Positions 56,658-64,000 of a DNA stretch of 64,000 nt are shown here, in pieces (position 1 is the first letter of the stretch; every line of letters begins with the position of its first letter). The stretch lies in assembly GCA_964016885.1 (NCBI GenBank), contig OZ024751.1, positions 16,926,001 to 16,990,000 on the forward strand, written 5' to 3'. The position numbers and the translations under genes are program-made. This DNA is from Eledone cirrhosa (lineage: Eukaryota). The notes beneath the pieces are model-generated. The model was not told where the DNA came from. It searched no databases and saw nothing but the letters and a program-made list of their open reading frames with translations.

Positions 56658-57361
56658 TGATTTATGTATGCGTGCGCGTGCACTTGTATATGATGGTACG
56701 TAGGAGTTAAAGTTCAGTCGCTATTTTTTTTAGCCCCTTGTGTTTATGAAAACAAATAGACAATTCCTCATGAAAGATGAGATATTGCGAACAAGGAAGC
56801 AAAACGACGACCACAACGACAACAACGCGACAACAACAAAATATGTACAAAATATAAAATTAAAACGACAAATTGGATGGCTCCATGTTTGTTTGATTTT
56901 TTTTAAACAAATCTTCTGTAATATACTGTAAAAAACTGCTGTAAAATATCGATTATTGTTGTAATAAATCACTATTTTATATTTAAAAAAATACTACGTT
57001 AAGAGTAGCAATGATAATATTTTCTTGTATTTTGCTAGCAATGCTAATTCATATGGTGAACAATGTAACATATATACAGATGTCTACGATCATATAAAGT
57101 AATACTGAGAGAGAGAAATGGAGATGGAGAGCGCGAGGGCGTGGGAGAGTGATGGAAAGGTGATGAGAGAGAGAGAGACGAGGGAGGGAGATGGAGTGAG
57201 AGAGGTGGAGAGAGACGAGATGGGGAGAGAGAGAGGAGGGAGGGAGAGGTGGGGAGAGATATGGGGAGAGGGAGAGGCCAAAATACGTTATACAATATGT
57301 TGAGATGTTTTATAATTGATACAAACAGAGGCATATATGTATATATAAATATATATATATG

Positions 57362-57406
<45 letters not shown>

Positions 57407-57872
57407 ATGTATGTATATATATGTATGTGTATGTATATGTATGTATGTGTATGTATATGTATGTATATGTATGTGTATGTATATATGTATGTATATGTAT
57501 GTGTATGTATATATATATGTATATATATGTATGTATATATATATGTATATATATGTATGTATATATATATGTATATATATATGTATATATGTATATATAT
57601 ATGTATATATATGTATGTATATATATATGTATATATATGTATGTGTATATATATGTATGTGTATATATATGTATGTGTATATATATGTATGTATATGTAT
57701 GTGTATGTATATGTATGTACATATATGTATGTATATATAGGTATGTATATATATGTATGATTATATGGAGATATGTGTGTATATATATATATGTGTATAT
57801 ATACCTGCGTGTATATATATGTATATATACCTGTGAATATATATGTATATAGACATGTGTGTATATATATAA

Positions 57873-58001
57873 TTCAGGCTGTCAGTTTGTTTACAAACGG
57901 ACAAAGCGGGCGTTATAATAAACGTCCGCTAAACTGATACGTACATATATGTATGTGTACCTGTATGTATATATGTGTATATATATGTATGTATATATGT
58001 G

Positions 58002-58091
<90 letters not shown>

Positions 58092-58530
58092 TGCTACTTT
58101 ACGTCTGTATACATATATGTATGTACGTATACATGCATACTTACATTTCAGTAAGTGCTGTACTAAGAGTGAGAAATGAAATTTAGTTTATATTTTATTA
58201 CAACTTATCGTTTTCGGTGTGCCTGGCCGACTGAACTCACTCGATATTCAAATAAGGCTGCTCAGCCGTTAATTTTCATAAGTAAGTATATACTTTCGAA
58301 AGTTCAACCATCTGGCAGAAGGGTATACGGTGCTGATGATAGCTAACAAGCTTGAAACTATTACATCATTCCTGTGTCAGTGTTGAACAAAAAAGGTGAC
58401 TTGGTTGCCTTAACACCGTACGGCATAAATCCAGGCTGTCAGTTTGTTTACAAACGGACAAGGCGAGCGTTATAATAAACGTCCGCTAAACTGATACGTA
58501 CATATATGTATTTGTACCTGTATGTATATA
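57873..58530 (+). mobile_element. ~100 bp direct repeats (57873-57972, 58431-58530) with a hammerhead-like motif at 58329-58367
   Basis: caggctgtcagtttgtttacaaacggacaa...ctgatacgtacatat occurs twice. Motif GGTG-CTGATGA-TAGC TAACAA GCTT-GAAA-CTAT-T-A-CATC. Confidence 0.6.
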
Positions 58531-59028
58531 TGTATGTATATATATTTATATATATTTATGTATATATATTTATATATATTTATGTATATATATTTATATA
58601 TATTTATGTATATATATTTATATATATTTATGTATATATATTTATATATATTTATGTATATATATTTATATATATTTATGTATATATATTTATATTTATA
58701 TATGTATATATATTTATATTTATATATGTATATATATATATTTATGTATATATGTATATATATATATTTATGTATATATGTATATATATATATATTTATG
58801 TATATATGTATATATATATATTTATGTGTATATATATATTTATGTATATATGTATATATATATATTTATGTATATATGTATATATATATATATATTTATG
58901 TATATATGTATATATATATATATTTATGTATATATGTATATATATATATATTTATGTATATATGTATATATATATATTTATGTATATATATATATATATA
59001 TGTGTATATATGTATATATATATATATG

Positions 59029-59097
<69 letters not shown>

Positions 59098-59098
59098 G

Positions 59099-59129
<31 letters not shown>

Positions 59130-59130
59130 G

Positions 59131-59161
<31 letters not shown>

Positions 59162-59218
59162 GCATATATATGTATATATATATATATATATATGTATATA
59201 TGCATATATATATGTATG

Positions 59219-59249
<31 letters not shown>

Positions 59250-59256
59250 GCATATA

Positions 59257-59301
<45 letters not shown>

Positions 59302-59308
59302 GCATATA

Positions 59309-59341
<33 letters not shown>

Positions 59342-59348
59342 GCATATA

Positions 59349-59390
<42 letters not shown>

Positions 59391-59406
59391 TATATATATG
59401 CATATA

Positions 59407-59448
<42 letters not shown>

Positions 59449-59452
59449 TATA

Positions 59453-59499
<47 letters not shown>

Positions 59500-59505
59500 G
59501 CTATA

Positions 59506-59550
<45 letters not shown>

Positions 59551-59608
59551 GCATATATATATGCATATATATATATATATATATGCATATATATATATAT
59601 ATATATGC

Positions 59609-59645
<37 letters not shown>

Positions 59646-59658
59646 TATGTATATATGC

Positions 59659-59718
<60 letters not shown>

Positions 59719-59814
59719 GCATATATATATGCATATATATATATATATATGTATATATGCATATATATATGCATATATATATATATATATGCATATATAT
59801 ATATATATATATGC

Positions 59815-59853
<39 letters not shown>

Positions 59854-59866
59854 TATGTATATATGC

Positions 59867-59919
<53 letters not shown>

Positions 59920-59989
59920 TATATGCATATATATATATTTCTGTGTATTTATGTATATATGTATATCTATTTAGGTTTATATATATCTT

Positions 59990-60023
<34 letters not shown>

Positions 60024-60060
60024 TGTCTATATGTATACATGTATATATATATATATATAG
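58530..60060. repeat. Long compound (TA)n/(TATG)/(TGCA) microsatellite
   Basis: Directly visible. Confidence 0.95.
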
Positions 60061-60392
60061 TACATTATGAATAGAGAAGAAACATTAGATATAATTAGTA
60101 ATAAGATATATCATACCTAGCTGGTTCTTCAGTCCCCGACTACGTAGTTTTGTGGCATATTATGCAAAAACACTAGATCATAGAGATATAGAGTTTTTGT
60201 GAGGTTCTGCCGACTTATCAAGGGGATACCTCATTAAGGATTTCAAAACACGTCTGCAATGCGCGAGATAGAATCTCGAAAAGGCGGAGGGAGAGCCAAT
60301 CACGCGATACAGCGGTCAAGAAACAGAGCTAAGCCCCTTTTAACCCTGAAAAAAATACCACGGAGGCGGAGGGGGTTTCATAATAAAGCCGT

Positions 60393-60747
60393 AGAAGAGG
60401 TGGTTTGAGGAGGCGAGAAGTATGAGTAATGGTAGCTATCCAGCAGTCACTACACTTCAAAGGTTACTCGACCAAAGGGAGTTATAACCAATATATATAG
60501 AGAAACACACAGATACATGCGGACACATATATATACATGAATAGTGACTGCTGGATAGCTACCATTACTCATACTTCTCGCCTCCTCAAACCACCTCTTC
60601 TGAGTTCAAATCCCGCCGATGTTAACTTTGCCTTTCATCCTTACGGGGTCGATAAAATAAAGTACCAGTCACGCAGTGGCATCGATTTAATCGACTTATC
60701 CCTCCCCCCAAATTGCTGGCCTTGTGCCAAAAGTAGTAACAATTATT
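60393..60747. mobile_element. Perfect ~60 bp inverted duplication fused to a 5'-truncated SINE family A
   Basis: 60393-60452 is the reverse complement of 60542-60601, which runs directly into (t)gagttcaaatcccgcc... Confidence 0.85.
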
Positions 60748-61553
60748 GTTTCTAAAGCATCACCAATATTTTAATCTCGAACATTTGTGTAAACATAAAT
60801 ATCAGTTTATAGATTACAGAATCAACGATGACTAATCTATTGATTTTAAATCCCTAACTCGACCTTCATGGAACTTTCAATCGGTTTTTATCTCATTCTT
60901 TCTCTATCATTTTCCAATGTCTGCTTCAAGCTGCTGTCTTTTTCTTCTTCTCCTTCTTCTTTTTCTACTTCTCCTTCTTCTTTTTCTACTTCTTCTTTTC
61001 CTTTTTCTTTTTTTTTCTTTTTATTTTTCATCTATTTCTTAATTCTTCTTTCTTCTTTTTCTTTTTCTCTCTTCCTCTCTCTTCTTCTTCTTCTTCTTCT
61101 TCTTTCTTTGCTCTTCTTTTTCATCTTCCGTTTCTTCTTCTTCTTCTTCTTTCTTTCCTCTTCTTTTTCATCTTCCTTTTCTTCTTCTTCTTTCAGGATT
61201 GTAAATTATATTTAGGGAACTGTACACGAGTAAACACGTGTGAATACGTTTGTATGCTTAAAGATCCCTCATTATTTCATTATGTTTAATTTCAGATTAT
61301 GAGCTTAATACACAGTGACTTTCCGTTAGTGTACACGTCGGCTGCACTTGCTAACATTACTATAGTAATATAGAATTAAGGTGTAGCTAGTCAACATATT
61401 GTACAGTTAACGCTAGAGTATGTCAAATATATGTCTTGTATGAAAGTAATAAATATGTATTGGTTTACAAGATAGGTTGTCCCTAGAACTCCAATATAGG
61501 TGACACATCAAGACATCATAAATACCACGATAAATAAATAAAAACCTGACCAA

Positions 61554-61599
<46 letters not shown>

Positions 61600-62095
61600 A
61601 TAAATTAACGGAGCCATAGGCCCTCGCTATTTCCTGTAAATAATGTGCTCAAAGGAGAAGAAATCCTGAGCTCTTTAAAATACAATATGTTGGAAAGGTA
61701 ACACACCAGAGAGAGATATACAGTGCGCTATCAATAAAACATGGAAAAAAAAACCACCAGTGCATGGAATCTATAACCTATGAAAGGCAGACTATAGACA
61801 CGATAATTAAAAATATAAATTAAAGCGTAAATAAATAACTTTATAACTATATAACACACGTACAAATCCAAAGATACCAATCCTAAGATATGTTTCACCA
61901 GTAATTTGTTGATATATATATATATATGTGTGTATATATATATATATATATTGAGTAGTAAAAGGGTACAGTCGAATAACATCGAGTAATGGATCGTTTT
62001 GTCATATCATACTTAAGTTGTTCCCATCTAACTTTCTCTCTGCTTGTCTCTCTAACTCTCTCTGTCCCCCCATCCCTCTCTCTCTCTCTGTCCCC

Positions 62096-62143
<48 letters not shown>

Positions 62144-62144
62144 A

Positions 62145-62187
<43 letters not shown>

Positions 62188-62534
62188 ATATATATCACAT
62201 AATATAGCTGTTTTGATATTCCAAATGTGAGAAAACGAGCTTTGCTACCATCAATTTTTTTCTTATACGCATATATATATAATTTCCTTCCCACGCACGC
62301 GCGCACATGTATATGTACACACACATGTACATGTACATGTGTATGTATAGGTTATATACAGAATATTAATAACAATGTTTGATTCGTTTGTAAACAAACA
62401 CCCCCATCTGAAGCTGTGCCCTGCCGGTGACCGATCACCACCTGCTTATTCAACACTACTTTGAGGAACTATCAACATGTTTCTGTGCTAAGGCTAGAAA
62501 TAAAATTCTAATTTTATCTTATTTCCCATTCTTT

Positions 62535-62657
62535 CTCCTGATGAATGACCACCGCCCGAAACATTAAGACCCTTTTCTTGCTATTTCAAGCGTTAACCTT
62601 ATATATTCTTTTCATTTACTGTACCGATTGTGTTGTTATTTCTGTTTACCTTTTACA
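62535..62657 (+). mobile_element. Diverged family H3 terminus with decayed hammerhead
   Basis: CTGATGA..GAAACATTAAGAC...tcaagcgttaacc...gtaccgattgtgttgttatttc, homologous to the reverse of 12633-12756. Confidence 0.65.
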
Positions 62658-63054
62658 TATATATGCCATTTGGAAATAGCTGAATTATGGCAATTTAACT
62701 AATGTGTTTGTATCACAAGATATTATATATAACTGTCAAGAAATATGGTCGATGCAATCGACATTCCTCTCAGAACAATTTCTTAAATCTACTGACCTTG
62801 TGCTTAAATTAGATACGATTATTTGTTATTTTAAGATTGCTTTCGTCTAAGGAGGAAGAGGATAGAGAAATTAAAAAAAATAAGATAATATAGCACGTCT
62901 CATGACAGATGTTCAAATAAAGTGATATTGGATAACGGAAAAAAACAACTTGTGTTTAACAATTTCAACTGTTTGAAGAGCAGACAAAAAATATTTATTT
63001 AAGTTATAAGAGGGACAGTTGCTTAGATACTAACTATATATCTGTGCGCATATA

Positions 63055-63099
<45 letters not shown>

Positions 63100-63150
63100 T
63101 ATAAACCTATGCATTTGCATACACATACGTGTATGCATGAATTTTCGTAT

Positions 63151-63211
<61 letters not shown>

Positions 63212-63288
63212 ATATATATATGTGTGTATATATATGTGTGTGTGTATGTGTGTGTGTGTGTATATATATGTGTGTGTGTATATATATA

Positions 63289-63319
<31 letters not shown>

Positions 63320-64000
63320 GTGCGTGTGTGTGTATATATGTATGTGTGTGCATGTATGTATATGTGTGTGTGTATATATGTATGTGTGTGCGTGTATATA
63401 TAACAGTAAAACATTAAATCAATGAATACGTACGTGTATGTCTGTCTGAATATGTGTAAAGATATGTGCCTATACATTCATGTATATGTGAGCAAAGAGG
63501 GTACCCGATTGGGACCCATGCATGTGATTTATGAGTTGTTTATAGGTAAGTTTGAGTTATGTGTGCATTTGCCCAGATTAGTTTGCAAGTTAGTATTTGT
63601 CCTCTCTGAAAAATCGATCCGAAACCATCATAGCTGAGAGAAGACCAACATGATGAGAAATGATTGATGTGGTTATCACTGGCTGCTCCTTGTGTCGATG
63701 CTTACCCCATCTCGTCCACAGAGTGCATCTCATTGTTACCATCTAGTCAACTGTGTAATATACAGGGTGAGCCAGAATTCACGATTCACTTGGTTATTTA
63801 TAGATCTATTAACACTAAATGTTATAAAACAAGTGAAGGAATATAATACCATATACAAGCACTGGGAGTGAAAAACCCCTAGCTTTTGTCAGGGCATTCT
63901 TCTAGGAGAAGGCAACTCAGGAAACTGGGATAACTCCGAGATAAAACCTGAGATTTAGTAGTTACCGATGATGTTGATCTTTTCTTCGCGTCGAGTTATG

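Overview
AT-rich, microsatellite-saturated animal DNA, most likely non-coding octopus (cephalopod) sequence judging by the (TA)n/(CA)n load and the tRNA-derived SINE types. I see no host-gene exon, and nearly all long ORFs are microsatellite translation artefacts. Recognisable coding remnants are all retroelements: two RTE-like C-termini, an R4/Dong-like CCHC+RLE fragment, an L1/Tx1-like 3' end, and an open GIY-YIG endonuclease of a Penelope-like element (PLE) at the centre of a ~7.9 kb inverted structure. There are also about 15 SINEs, two Helitron-like elements, hAT MITEs and three minisatellites. The main signal is in the short islands between the (TA)n tracts. Many carry type I hammerhead ribozyme motifs (CUGANGA...GAAA...UH with pairable helices I-III) from about 10 different sequence families. 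Many also share one fold-back layout: (TA)n - inverted tail-less copy - direct copy with a 45-135 nt tail - (TA)n. I interpret this as a diverse population of TA-associated, hammerhead-bearing PLE termini. All folds were done by eye and no database search was run.
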